This document shows, one piece after another, positions 1 through 10,919 of a stretch of DNA of 64,000 nucleotides (positions are counted from its first letter, which is position 1; each line of letters opens with the position of its first letter). Source of the DNA: Candidatus Eiseniibacteriota bacterium (lineage in GTDB: Bacteria; Eisenbacteria; RBG-16-71-46; CAVPCR01). Where the stretch lies: positions 20,999 to 84,998 of the forward strand of contig CAVPCR010000002.1 in the NCBI GenBank assembly GCA_963702435.1, in the 5' to 3' direction. The notes under the pieces are model-generated. The model was not told where the DNA came from. It saw only the letters and a list, made by a program, of their open reading frames with translations, and searched no databases. The translations under genes were made by a program, and so were the position numbers.

Positions 1-1
1 C

Positions 2-259
2 GGCGGCATCCGCGATGTGCTCGGAGCAGGGGAGGGGGAGGGCATGCCGGTGGCGCTCACCGCCCCGCCGGGCGATGCGCCGGCGCTGGCCGGCGCGGTC
101 GCCCGTCTCCTCGCCGATCCGGAGCTCCGCCGGCGCCTCGGCCGCGCCGGGCGCGAGCGCGTCGCCGCCCACTTCTCGCGGGCGGCCATGGCGCGCGCCA
201 CTGCCTCCCTCTACGATGACCTTCGCAGCCGCGGCAACCGCCCGGGAGCCCACGCATGA
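2..259 (+). CDS. Glycosyltransferase family 4, C-terminal part (5' truncated by window)
   Basis: GGIRDVL...PPGDAPALAGAVARLLADPELRRRLGRAGRERVAAHFS is a typical GT4 C-terminus; stop overlaps the next ATG (ATGA). Confidence 0.85.
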   Translation, partial: GGIRDVLGAGEGEGMPVALTAPPGDAPALAGAVARLLADPELRRRLGRAGRERVAAHFSRAAMARATASLYDDLRSRGNRPGAHA

Positions 260-1185
260 GCGGACCTCGAGACCCCCAGGACAGCCTGCTCAACGCCTTC
301 ACGGTGGACGTGGAGGACTACTTCCAGGTCGAGAACTTCGCGCACGCCATCCCCCGGCGCGACTGGGAGCGGTTCGCGAGCCGCATCGTGCCGAACACGC
401 GCCGCGTCCTCGAGCTCCTTGCCCGGCACGGCGTGCGCGGGACCTTCTTCATCCTGACCTGGAACGCGGAGCGGATCCCCGATCTCGTGCGCGAGATCCA
501 GGCCGCGGGGCACGAGATCGCCGCCCACGGACACGAGCATCGTCTGGTCTACGAGCAGACGCCGGCCGAGTTCACGGCCGACATCGAGAAGGCTCGGGCA
601 TTGCTCGTGGCGCTGACCGGCGCGCCGGTACTCGGGTACCGGGCGCCGTCCTACTCGATCACGGCGGCGAGCCGCTGGGCCTTCGCCCGGCTCAAGGCCG
701 CCGGTTTCGCTTACGACTCGAGCGTCTACCCGATCCGGCGCCGGCGCTATGGCATCCCGGCGGCCCCCCGCCATCCGCATCCGATCGACGGGCTCATCGA
801 GTTCCCGATGACAACGCTGCGCATCGGCCGCCTGAACATCCCGGCGGCTTCCGGGGGCTATCTCCGCCTGTTCCCGCTCGCGGTCTCGCGCGCCGCGATC
901 GCACAGCAGAACCGGGCCGGCCACCCGGCCGTGGTCAACGTGCACCCCTGGGAGCTCGACCCCGAGCAGCCGCGGATCGGCGGCGGGCGCCTCGGCGGCT
1001 TCACGCACTACGCCAACCTGACCCGGACCGCTCCGCGGCTTTCTGCGCTCCTCCGCGAATTTCGGTTCGGCACCATGCGGGAGTCCCTCCACCAGGCCGG
1101 GTACGCGCTCGCGGCGAGCCCGCCGCCGGCGGCCGGGCCCGCCGCCGGCGCGAGATCCCTTGACGATCCCCCGAGCTTGCCCTAG
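256..1185 (+). CDS. Polysaccharide deacetylase (XrtA/PEP-CTERM-EPS associated type, DUF3473)
   Basis: NAFTVDVEDYFQV, GTFFIL, HEIAAHGHEH, GYRAPSYSI, GGYLRLFP and HPWELDPEQPR motifs. Confidence 0.9.
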   Translation: MSGPRDPQDSLLNAFTVDVEDYFQVENFAHAIPRRDWERFASRIVPNTRRVLELLARHGVRGTFFILTWNAERIPDLVREIQAAGHEIAAHGHEHRLVYEQTPAEFTADIEKARALLVALTGAPVLGYRAPSYSITAASRWAFARLKAAGFAYDSSVYPIRRRRYGIPAAPRHPHPIDGLIEFPMTTLRIGRLNIPAASGGYLRLFPLAVSRAAIAQQNRAGHPAVVNVHPWELDPEQPRIGGGRLGGFTHYANLTRTAPRLSALLREFRFGTMRESLHQAGYALAASPPPAAGPAAGARSLDDPPSLP

Positions 1186-1299
1186 CTTCCCGTCGCCCGT
1201 GCACCTCGCGGCGCGCGGCGCGCATCGTGCCGCCGGGGCCGGGTTCTCCCGATCGACCGATTCGATTTCGCGACCAGCGCACGAGGCCAAGAGCTCGCA

Positions 1300-2565
1300 G
1301 TGGAAGGAGAGGGCTTGCTTGCACTCGCGCCCGCCCGCCGTCGGCGAGCGGCATCCCGCCGCCCCGGCCCGCAGGTGGTCATCCTCGCCCTTCCCACCGC
1401 CCTCGCCGCGTCCCTCGCCATCTCCCCGCCGTCGGGCGCGCAGCCGAGCCCGAGCGATCCCACCGCGCCCGACGCGGACGCCGGCGCCTACTACGTGATC
1501 GACGCGGAGCCCGTGCGCGCCGCCGCGGAGCTCGGTGGTCCCGGCCGGTTCTCGGGCGTCGTGCCGCTCGCGATCCCCGGCGACATCACGGGTTCCTTCC
1601 AGCTCGACGTCACGGCCCCCGGCTACGAGGAGCAGCGCGTCCTCATCGACTTCCCGGGCGGGGGCGGACCGCTGAGCCTCGACTCGCCGCGCCCGACGCA
1701 CGGGGCGGGAGTGGCCAAGGCCCTCGTCTGGCCCGGACTGGCCGAGATCGCGAGCGAAACCGGTGATGGCTACCGCGGATTCGGTTTCGCCACCGCCGGC
1801 GGCATCGGTGTCATCGGCCTCCTCGCCGCCTGGATCCGCGAGGGCAACGCCGAGGACGACCTCGCCGCCGACCTCCAGCGCGAGGGCGACACGCCCGAGG
1901 AGCGCGCCGACCTCGACCTGGCGGCGGCCGCCCACGGCGCCGAGGCGGAGTCGGCCAACGAGGCCGTGCACGACTGGATCTACATGTGCGTGGCGGCCTG
2001 GGGGACCTCCCTCATCGACACGTACATGCTCGCGCCGGGCCCGGGCCAGGTCACGGAGGACCTGACCGAGGTGCGCTTCAAGATGCAGCCCCTCAGTCGC
2101 AACGAGGCGGCCCTGCGTTCGCTCGTACCGGGCCTCGGGCAGTTCTATGCGGGACGCCGCACCGCCGGCCAGATCGCTTTCTACTCCGGCCTCCTCGCCG
2201 TGACCGGGCTGCTCATGGCCGAGCATTCCTACGATGAGGCCGTGCACACGGCTGCTGCCTATGAAGAGCTGTACCGCGATCCGCTCGCGGATCCCGAGCA
2301 GGTGGCCATCTACCGGGACGCGCTCGCGTCGGCGAGCGATGACGCGGAGAGCCGGCAGACGATCCGCAACATCACGGCCGGCATCACGGCCGGCGTGTGG
2401 ATCGCGAACCTGGCCGACGCCTACTTCGGCGTGCCGGACCGCGAAGCGAGCACGGCGACCCGGCCCGGCGACAGCGATCCGCCTCCCGGAGTGCGCCTCG
2501 CCATCCGCCCCCATGTCTCCTGGTCGGAGCCGGCCGCCGGCGCGGCCATCGCCCTCCAATTCTGA
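1300..2565 (+). CDS. Hypothetical exported/membrane protein with two DUF5683-like repeats
   Basis: Signal-like N-terminus; repeated AL(V/R)xxPGL(A/G)x plus hydrophobic hairpin modules; C-terminal Phe; start uncertain. Confidence 0.6.
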   Translation: MEGEGLLALAPARRRRAASRRPGPQVVILALPTALAASLAISPPSGAQPSPSDPTAPDADAGAYYVIDAEPVRAAAELGGPGRFSGVVPLAIPGDITGSFQLDVTAPGYEEQRVLIDFPGGGGPLSLDSPRPTHGAGVAKALVWPGLAEIASETGDGYRGFGFATAGGIGVIGLLAAWIREGNAEDDLAADLQREGDTPEERADLDLAAAAHGAEAESANEAVHDWIYMCVAAWGTSLIDTYMLAPGPGQVTEDLTEVRFKMQPLSRNEAALRSLVPGLGQFYAGRRTAGQIAFYSGLLAVTGLLMAEHSYDEAVHTAAAYEELYRDPLADPEQVAIYRDALASASDDAESRQTIRNITAGITAGVWIANLADAYFGVPDREASTATRPGDSDPPPGVRLAIRPHVSWSEPAAGAAIALQF

Positions 2566-2693
2566 CCCCGGGATGTGCTTCCCGCAGGGTCGCGCCGCCG
2601 CCGCTTGCCCTGCACCGGCGGCTTCGTGTAGAATCAGGACTGTGCCCCGGAGGAACTGCGTGGACTCGGACGTAGTGCTCTAGACACCTGATC

Positions 2694-2709
2694 TGGCGTG
2701 CCTGTTGTA
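2694..2709 (+). promoter_or_regulatory. Possible sigma-54 (-24/-12) promoter, variant
   Basis: TGGCGT-GCCTG-TTGTA upstream of the first sugar transferase; -12 element is TTGT rather than TTGC. Confidence 0.4.
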
Positions 2710-2886
2710 TCGAGCGCGGGCGCGCGTTCCCGGTCCGACCTTCCGGGTCGTGGCAGCGACCCGGACTGGAGCGCTCGACCGTCATCATCCGCGAGCGGGA
2801 GAGAGCCGCATCCATCCCCGATCCCGCCCAGCGGCCAGTTGTGGGCGCAGCATCTCCGTGCATCAGCTTGAGAGGTTCAGACAACC

Positions 2887-3636
2887 GTGATCTCGCTCTC
2901 CCCCGAGAAGGAGCCCATACCGACCGGCTCCCCGCGGGCCGGCGCCGGGCGCCGCTTGCCCTTCAACACCCTGCTCCTCAAGCGTCTCTTCGATATCCTG
3001 GCATCGAGCGTCTTCCTCCTGATCACTATGCCCGCGTTCGGGCTGGTCGCGCTGGCCGTCGCCATCGACTCCCCGGGCCCCATCTTCTACAGCCAGATCC
3101 GCGTGGGCATGAATCGCCGCTATCGCGACCGGCGTCGCGACCGGATCCCGGTGCAGCGCGATTCGCGGATGATCGAGCGGCGGCGGATCCTGTCGGAAGG
3201 CCGCCTGTTCCGCATCCACAAGTTCCGGACCATGGTCGTCGGCGCCGAGGACGGCGTGGGCCCGGTGTGGGCGCTCGCGGACGATCCGCGGGTGACCCGC
3301 GTGGGGAAGTGGCTCCGCCTCCTCCGCCTGGATGAGCTGCCACAGCTGTGGAATGTCCTGAAGGGCGAGATGAGCCTGGTCGGGCCGCGGCCCGAGCGCC
3401 CGCACTTCGTCGGCCGCTTCGCTCAGCGCATTCCGGGCTACACGGAGCGGCTCCGCGCGCTGCCCGGGATCACCGGACTCGCCCAGGTCGAGCGCAGCTA
3501 CGACGCGTGCGAGGAGGACGTCAAGGACAAGCTGGGCTTCGATCTCCGCTACATCGAGGACTGCAGGCTGACGACCGACGTCCAGATCCTCTTCAAGACC
3601 GTGCACGTCGTCTTCGCCCGCAAGGGCGCCCGCTGA
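2887..3636 (+). CDS. Bacterial sugar transferase (priming phosphoglycosyl transferase, WcaJ/EpsL catalytic-domain type), copy 1
   Basis: [66 protein letters not shown]. Confidence 0.92.
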   Translation: MISLSPEKEPIPTGSPRAGAGRRLPFNTLLLKRLFDILASSVFLLITMPAFGLVALAVAIDSPGPIFYSQIRVGMNRRYRDRRRDRIPVQRDSRMIERRRILSEGRLFRIHKFRTMVVGAEDGVGPVWALADDPRVTRVGKWLRLLRLDELPQLWNVLKGEMSLVGPRPERPHFVGRFAQRIPGYTERLRALPGITGLAQVERSYDACEEDVKDKLGFDLRYIEDCRLTTDVQILFKTVHVVFARKGAR

Positions 3637-3660
3637 CAGGATCTCGAGCTTCGCAGGGGT

Positions 3661-3699
3661 AGGGGGGCGGCTCCATCAGGGCCGCCCCCCTCTTCTTCC
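3661..3699 (+). terminator. Rho-independent terminator-like hairpin
   Basis: 11-bp stem AGGGGGGCGGC / GCCGCCCCCCT with 9-nt loop, followed by a pyrimidine run, 25 nt after the stop. Confidence 0.65.
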
Positions 3700-3889
3700 G
3701 TCCTTCGCGCTTCCTACCCCAGAGCAGCGGGTGCGCCGACCCGCACCGCCACGCATGCCGCCGCCGATGGCGCGGCAACCTTCCTCCGCCATCCAGGCTA
3801 CTCCCCGGTCACCCCCTCAAGACCCTGTCCCCTCGGTAGTTCCGGCATCGTCTCAGGCTGACACGACCCACCGCCGACGAGGCCCGGCA

Positions 3890-3905
3890 TGGCACTTCCA
3901 TTGCT
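3890..3905 (+). promoter_or_regulatory. Sigma-54 (-24/-12) promoter
   Basis: TGGCAC-TTCCA-TTGCT, near-consensus with correct spacing, about 90 nt before ATG 3996. Confidence 0.75.
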
Positions 3906-3995
3906 TGACCTTCCCGGAACGTACCGGCGCGACTTGCTGCGCCCCTTCATGTCCCCCTCATGTCATGCCGGGAGAGCGCACCGCAGACCCCACCG

Positions 3996-4808
3996 ATGTC
4001 GGAAACCGCCGAGAGAGACCTCATCCTCCAGGGCCCTGGCGCTTCGCGCGACCGGCAGGAGCCGGCGGCGCAACCGCATCCGAGTCGGCGGGTCCCGATC
4101 CCCGTCGGCCGGAGCGAGGCGGACCTCCGCGCATTCAGCCCGCCCCGGGCCAAGCGACTCCTCGACATTCTCGGCGCCACCGCGCTGATCGTCCTCTTCG
4201 CCCCGCTCGGCGTCCTCATCGCCCTGGCCATCAGGCTCGATACTCCCGGCCCGATCATCTACCGCCAGGAGCGGGTGGGGCTCAATCGCCGGCGCCAGGC
4301 TCGCCGGGGGAGGAGTGCCGGAGTCGCTCCGAACCAGCGACGCGCCGACCGCCGCGTGCTCTCGGCCGAGGGGCGGCCCTTCGTCATCTACAAGTTCCGC
4401 ACGATGGTGACCCACGCGGAGCGGGAGGCAGGTCCGGTGTGGGCCCTCAGGGACGACCCCCGGATCACGCGCGTCGGGCGCATCCTGCGCGCCACCCGCC
4501 TCGATGAGACCCCTCAGCTCTGGAACGTCCTCCAGGGCAACATGAGCCTGGTCGGTCCCCGTCCGGAGCGTCCCTTCTTCGTTCATCGCTTCGCCCGGCA
4601 CATTCCGGGGTACCCCGCGCGGCTCTACGCCCATCCCGGGATCACCGGGCTCGCCCAGATCGAGCACAGCTACGACACGTCCGAGGACGACGTCCGCCTC
4701 AAGCTCGACTACGACCTGACCTACATCGAGCGGTACAGCCTCCTGTCCGACATCCGCATCCTCCTCAAGACGGTCGTCGTGATGATCACGCGCAAGGGCG
4801 CCCACTGA
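3996..4808 (+). CDS. Bacterial sugar transferase (priming phosphoglycosyl transferase), copy 2
   Basis: [63 protein letters not shown]. Confidence 0.92.
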   Translation: MSETAERDLILQGPGASRDRQEPAAQPHPSRRVPIPVGRSEADLRAFSPPRAKRLLDILGATALIVLFAPLGVLIALAIRLDTPGPIIYRQERVGLNRRRQARRGRSAGVAPNQRRADRRVLSAEGRPFVIYKFRTMVTHAEREAGPVWALRDDPRITRVGRILRATRLDETPQLWNVLQGNMSLVGPRPERPFFVHRFARHIPGYPARLYAHPGITGLAQIEHSYDTSEDDVRLKLDYDLTYIERYSLLSDIRILLKTVVVMITRKGAH

Positions 4809-5507
4809 GCCCGATCTCCGCGCAAAGCACGTACTTTCAATCTACTAGCCGATTAGGACGACCGCCGCGAGTCGCCCCCTCCTGCTCAGCGCTCGATTCC
4901 ACAATGAGATAGGGCGACGGAACGCCTTCGACGCCGGAGATGCGGCCCGTCATGACCTCCGGTCATATCTGAGTATCGAGCTGCAAAGTGCTTTCATCAC
5001 GTGCATTGCGCCATGTGCACAAATTTCCTGTTGGGGCCTCGCGCCGTCGCCCGCACTGTCGCCCACGTCTGGATCGGGTGCGGCGATCGACCGCCGCGGA
5101 TGCGCGATGCCAGGCGGCGCGGATGGACGGTGCATCGAGATCTTCGCGATCCCGGGGCCGGGCCAGGGAAGCGCTGGGAGACGGGCGACGGCCCCGAGTC
5201 CCGAAGATCCGGTGAGTGCCCCAGGCGGTGGACGCGCCGCGCAGTGCCCCTTACATGTGCCCCTGAGGCGGAAGCGACCCGGATGGGCCGCCCGCCCTTC
5301 GCGGCCCGGGCGGCCTGTCCGGACGGGCCGCTCGAGAAGCATCGTTCGCCGGAGCAGTGGCCGTGCAGGTGCCCGAGTCGGGGCGCGAGTGCGGCGGTGG
5401 TGCGGCCTGGGTGGCCGCGATTCGGGCACGTTTCGGAGGAGAGGCGAGCACACGCGGTCGCGCGGCGCTCGGATCTCCCGGAGTCGGGCCGGCGGGGAGC
5501 AGTCGTG

Positions 5508-6905
5508 ATGGAGCCCAGGGCCAGGGATGGAAGAGCTCTAGATCGGCTCGGAGCCGAGAGCGAGAGGCTCGGCTCCCCCCGCCTGTCCGCTGCTCCAGGC
5601 GAAGGCCGGGCGCGGATGCCCGGGCCGGCGACCCGGCCGGGCCTGCGGCTCGTGGAGGTGCCGGGCGAGATTTTCGGTCCCCTCTTCCCGACCCACGCCC
5701 GGATCGGACCCGCAGCCGAATCGGCGCCGCTCCGCATCGCCATCATCGATCCCGATGACGCCTGCCGGGCCCGCGCCCGCGAGGCGCTCACCGGCATGGA
5801 CGGCATCGGCCCCATCCACGAGGCCGCGCGCATCGAGGATGGCCTGCAAGAGGTCCTCACGACCCGACCCGACCTCATCCTCGTGGGTCTGGACGAACCC
5901 CGCGATGCGCTGGCGCTCGCGGCCAAGCTCCTCGCCCTCTACCCGGACACGATGATCCTCATTGCGACCGACGCGACCTCCTCCGATCACGTGAAACAGG
6001 CGATGCGGATCGGTGCCCGCGAGTACCTGACCCGCCGTCCGGAGCCCGAGGAGATCGCGGCAGCCATCCGGCGCCTCCAGCGACAGAGGGAGCAGGCGAC
6101 GACGGCCCACCATCGGGGCGGCACGATCATCGCGGTCTTCTCCGCCAAGGGCGGCCTCGGCGCCACCTTCGTGGCCACCAACCTGGCGATCCTCCTCGCC
6201 GAGGGCGGTCAGCACCAGGCGGCGATCGTGGACCTGAACACGGAGCTCGGCGATGTGGACACCTTCCTCAATCTGAAGGCGGCCCGCTCGATCCACGCGC
6301 TGGCGAGCGCGGACGAGGACCCGGCCGATCCGGAGCAGCTCCTCGACGCGGGTCTCTCGCGGCATCGCTCGGGTCTCCGCATGCTGGCCCAGCCGGCGGA
6401 CGCCGGGGAGGAGGGGATCGACCCGGGTGACATCGGGCGCGTGCTCGGCCGGCTCCGGGCGCGGTTCGACTTCGTCGTGGTCGACGTGGCCCGCCGCTTC
6501 GACGAACGAACGCTCGAGGCCCTCGATCTCGCGAATCACATTCTGCTGCTCACGACGCTCGACCTGCCCACGATCCGCAACACGCGCCGGGCGATCGAGA
6601 TTTTCACCCGGCTCGGGCACCTGACGAAGCTCAAGCTCGTGCTCAACCGCTACCGGCCCGCGCTGGCGGCTACCCGTCTCGAGAGCGCGTTCGGCATCCC
6701 CGTCTTCTGGCACCTGCCGGAGGACGCGGCGACCGCGGTCTCCGCCGTCAACGCCGGCGTCCCGGCGACCGAGGCGGGACCGGACACCGATCTCGCGGCC
6801 GGCCTGCGCGGCCTGGCGACGGCCATCGAAACGGCCGACACGACGCCGCCGGCCGCGGCCGGCGCGCGTAGCGGACTGCTCAAGCGGCTGCTCAGGTCGA
6901 GCTGA
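5508..6905 (+). CDS. CpaE/TadZ-like protein: receiver-like domain plus MinD/ParA-type ATPase
   Basis: REC-like segment (AMRIGAREYL), deviant Walker A FSAKGGLGATF, VDLN, FDFVVVD, LVLNR; start uncertain (5508 or 5616). Confidence 0.8.
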   Translation: MEPRARDGRALDRLGAESERLGSPRLSAAPGEGRARMPGPATRPGLRLVEVPGEIFGPLFPTHARIGPAAESAPLRIAIIDPDDACRARAREALTGMDGIGPIHEAARIEDGLQEVLTTRPDLILVGLDEPRDALALAAKLLALYPDTMILIATDATSSDHVKQAMRIGAREYLTRRPEPEEIAAAIRRLQRQREQATTAHHRGGTIIAVFSAKGGLGATFVATNLAILLAEGGQHQAAIVDLNTELGDVDTFLNLKAARSIHALASADEDPADPEQLLDAGLSRHRSGLRMLAQPADAGEEGIDPGDIGRVLGRLRARFDFVVVDVARRFDERTLEALDLANHILLLTTLDLPTIRNTRRAIEIFTRLGHLTKLKLVLNRYRPALAATRLESAFGIPVFWHLPEDAATAVSAVNAGVPATEAGPDTDLAAGLRGLATAIETADTTPPAAAGARSGLLKRLLRSS

Positions 6906-7440
6906 CCATGCAGGCGATGACGAAACCGAGAATCCATCGATTTGATCTCCGGAGCGCACTCAGCGGGGGCTCCGGAGTCGAGGGTGCGGCAGTGGCGCAG
7001 GCGCCGACGGGGGAGACGGAGGTCACTGCGCCCGCCGCACCCGCTTCTTCTTGCTGTTCTGCAATTCGCTTCCCAAGCCCCGTGTCCGCCAACCCGTGAC
7101 CCGGCGCTAGTCAGAGCGCCATAACCGTGGGGCCCGGCGCGCAACGCCGGGCCCCGCATCCTTTCCGCCTCCGCCGCTCCGCCCCCCACCTCTCCGCGCC
7201 CGCGCGCTCTGCCTCATCCCGAGACCCCGGCGCCGCCCGCGGGCTCCCCGCGATGGCCGCCCGCTCGCCCTGCGCCGAATTCCCCGCCGTCCCTTCAGCT
7301 GTCCTCCCGGCCGGCCGATAACCCGGTTGATTTGAACAACGTGACCCGGTCTCCGGCCCGCCCCCGCAACGGGCCGGAACGGGTCGGCTGCCCAAGGGAT
7401 CCAGAGCTCAGAGAGCCCAAGCCGGGAGGAGTCCGCATCC

Positions 7441-8919
<1,479 letters not shown>

Positions 8920-9058
8920 CGCCACACGAACCGGGACGTGACGCGGCGGGGCGGCCACGAGCTGTCCCGCCGCTTGCGTTGTGCCGCCCGGGCCCGCGTT
9001 GACGCCCTCCGATCCCGGTGGTAGCGTGTCCGCCCCATCTTTGACGGAGGTGAAGCGC

Positions 9059-10150
9059 GTGCAGCAGAGCGAGTCCAAGCCGGCTCCTGGATCGGCCCCC
9101 GCCACCGGTGAGCGCGTCCGCCTCGGCGCCATCGGCACCGGCGACTGGGGCCGGAACCTGATCAGGAACCTCGCGCGGGTCGGCGATCTGCGCGCTCTCG
9201 CCGACCGCCGCCCGGAGGCCCTCGCCCCGCTCCGGAGCCAGTACCCCGCGGCCCGCTTCTCGACCGACGTCGAGGAGCTCCTCCGCGACCCCGAGATCCA
9301 GGCGGTGGCCGTCGCCACCAACTCGTCGAGCCACTACGCGGTGGCGCGCGCGGCGCTCGAGGCAGGCAAGCACGTCCTCGTCGAGAAGCCGCTCGCCCAG
9401 TCGGCGCGCGACGCCGCCGAGCTCGTCCGCCTGGCGGCCGAGCGCGACCGCGTGCTCATGGTCGGGCACCTCCTCATCTACCATCCGGCGGTCGAGAAGC
9501 TCCGCCAGCTTCTCGCGGCCGGCGACCTCGGCGACATCCACTATCTCTATGCGCAACGCGTGAATCTCGGCAAGATCCGCCAGGATGAGAACGCGCTGTG
9601 GAGCTTCGGGCCGCACGACGTCGCGGTGATCCTCGATCTCCTCGGCCGGACGCCGGTCTCGGTGTCGGCGGTCGGCCACGCCTACCTGCAGCAGGGGATC
9701 GAGGACGTCGTCTTCCTCCACCTCGAGTTCGCAACCGGACAGATCGCGCACGTGCACCTGAGCTGGCTCGATCCGCACAAGCTCCGCCGCCTGACCCTGG
9801 TCGGCTCGCGCAAGATGGCCGTTTTCGACGACATGGATTCGGCCGAGAAGATCCGCATCTACGACAAGGGGGTGGGGAGCGCCGCCGGCGGCGTCCTCGA
9901 GTACAAGGACGCCCTCACGCTCCGCTCCGGCGACATCCTGATCCCACAGATCACCATGCGCGAGCCGCTCGAGCTCGAGTGCCAGGACTTCATTCGCGCG
10001 ATCACGACCGGCGGGGCGCCGCGGGCGAGCGGGCTGGACGGCCTCCATGTGGTGCAGGTGCTCGAAGCCGCCGCTCACTCGCTGGCCGCGGGCGGAGTGC
10101 CGGTCCGCCTCGCCGCGACGGCGGAGCCTCCCGGAGAACGCGACCGATGA
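9059..10150 (+). CDS. Gfo/Idh/MocA oxidoreductase (WbpB/WlbA-like UDP-sugar 3-dehydrogenase)
   Basis: GTGDWG Rossmann motif, GKHVLVEKPL, MVGH, GPHDV; adjacent to acetyl- and aminotransferase genes. Confidence 0.85.
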   Translation: MQQSESKPAPGSAPATGERVRLGAIGTGDWGRNLIRNLARVGDLRALADRRPEALAPLRSQYPAARFSTDVEELLRDPEIQAVAVATNSSSHYAVARAALEAGKHVLVEKPLAQSARDAAELVRLAAERDRVLMVGHLLIYHPAVEKLRQLLAAGDLGDIHYLYAQRVNLGKIRQDENALWSFGPHDVAVILDLLGRTPVSVSAVGHAYLQQGIEDVVFLHLEFATGQIAHVHLSWLDPHKLRRLTLVGSRKMAVFDDMDSAEKIRIYDKGVGSAAGGVLEYKDALTLRSGDILIPQITMREPLELECQDFIRAITTGGAPRASGLDGLHVVQVLEAAAHSLAAGGVPVRLAATAEPPGERDR

Positions 10151-10917
10151 ACACGATCGATCCGACCGCCCGCATCGCTCCCGATGTGCGCCTCGGCGAC
10201 CATGTCGTCGTCGGCCCCGGCGCCGAGATCGGTGCCGGCTCGGTCGTCGGCCACGGCGTCGTGATCCACCGCGACACCCGGATCGGCGCCGGCGTGCGTA
10301 TCGACGACCATGCGGTCCTCGGCAAGGAGCCGATGCGTGCCGCCAACACCGCGGTGACAAGCGCCGCCGAGCTCCCGCCGCTCGCGGTCGGCGCGGGCGC
10401 GATCATCGGCAGCGCTGCGGTGCTCTACCGGGGCGCGACCCTCGGCGACCGCGTTCTCGTCGCTGACGGCGCCGCGGTCCGCGAGCGGGTGACGATCGGC
10501 GAGCGCACGATCGTCGGGCGCTCGGTCACGGTCGAGAACGACTCGACGATCGGCCAGTACGTGAAGCTCGAGACGGCCTGCTACATCACGGCCTACTCGG
10601 TGATCGAGAACCGCGTCTTCGTGGCGCCGATGGTCGCCACCTCGAACGACCGCTTCATGGGTCGCACCGAGGAGCGACTCAAGCTGTTCAAGGGCGTCAC
10701 CGTGCGCCGCGGCGCCCGCATCGGGCTCGCCGCCGTCATCCTGCCGGGCATCACGATCGAGGCCGACGGGGTGGTGGCCGCGGGCTCCGTCGTCACGCGC
10801 GACGTGCCGGCGGGCAAGCTCGTCATGGGGAGTCCGGCCCGCGTCGTGCGCGACGTGGCCGCGGCCGAGCTTCTCGACAACCAGATCTGGGAAGACGTGA
10901 AGAAGGGGTGGAGCTAG
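10147..10917 (+). CDS. Hexapeptide-repeat N-acetyltransferase (WbpD/WlbB-like)
   Basis: Left-handed beta-helix repeats, FVAPMVATSND, AAGSVVTRDVP...GSPARVVR; ATGA overlap with the upstream gene. Confidence 0.88.
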   Translation: MNTIDPTARIAPDVRLGDHVVVGPGAEIGAGSVVGHGVVIHRDTRIGAGVRIDDHAVLGKEPMRAANTAVTSAAELPPLAVGAGAIIGSAAVLYRGATLGDRVLVADGAAVRERVTIGERTIVGRSVTVENDSTIGQYVKLETACYITAYSVIENRVFVAPMVATSNDRFMGRTEERLKLFKGVTVRRGARIGLAAVILPGITIEADGVVAAGSVVTRDVPAGKLVMGSPARVVRDVAAAELLDNQIWEDVKKGWS

Positions 10918-10919
10918 TC

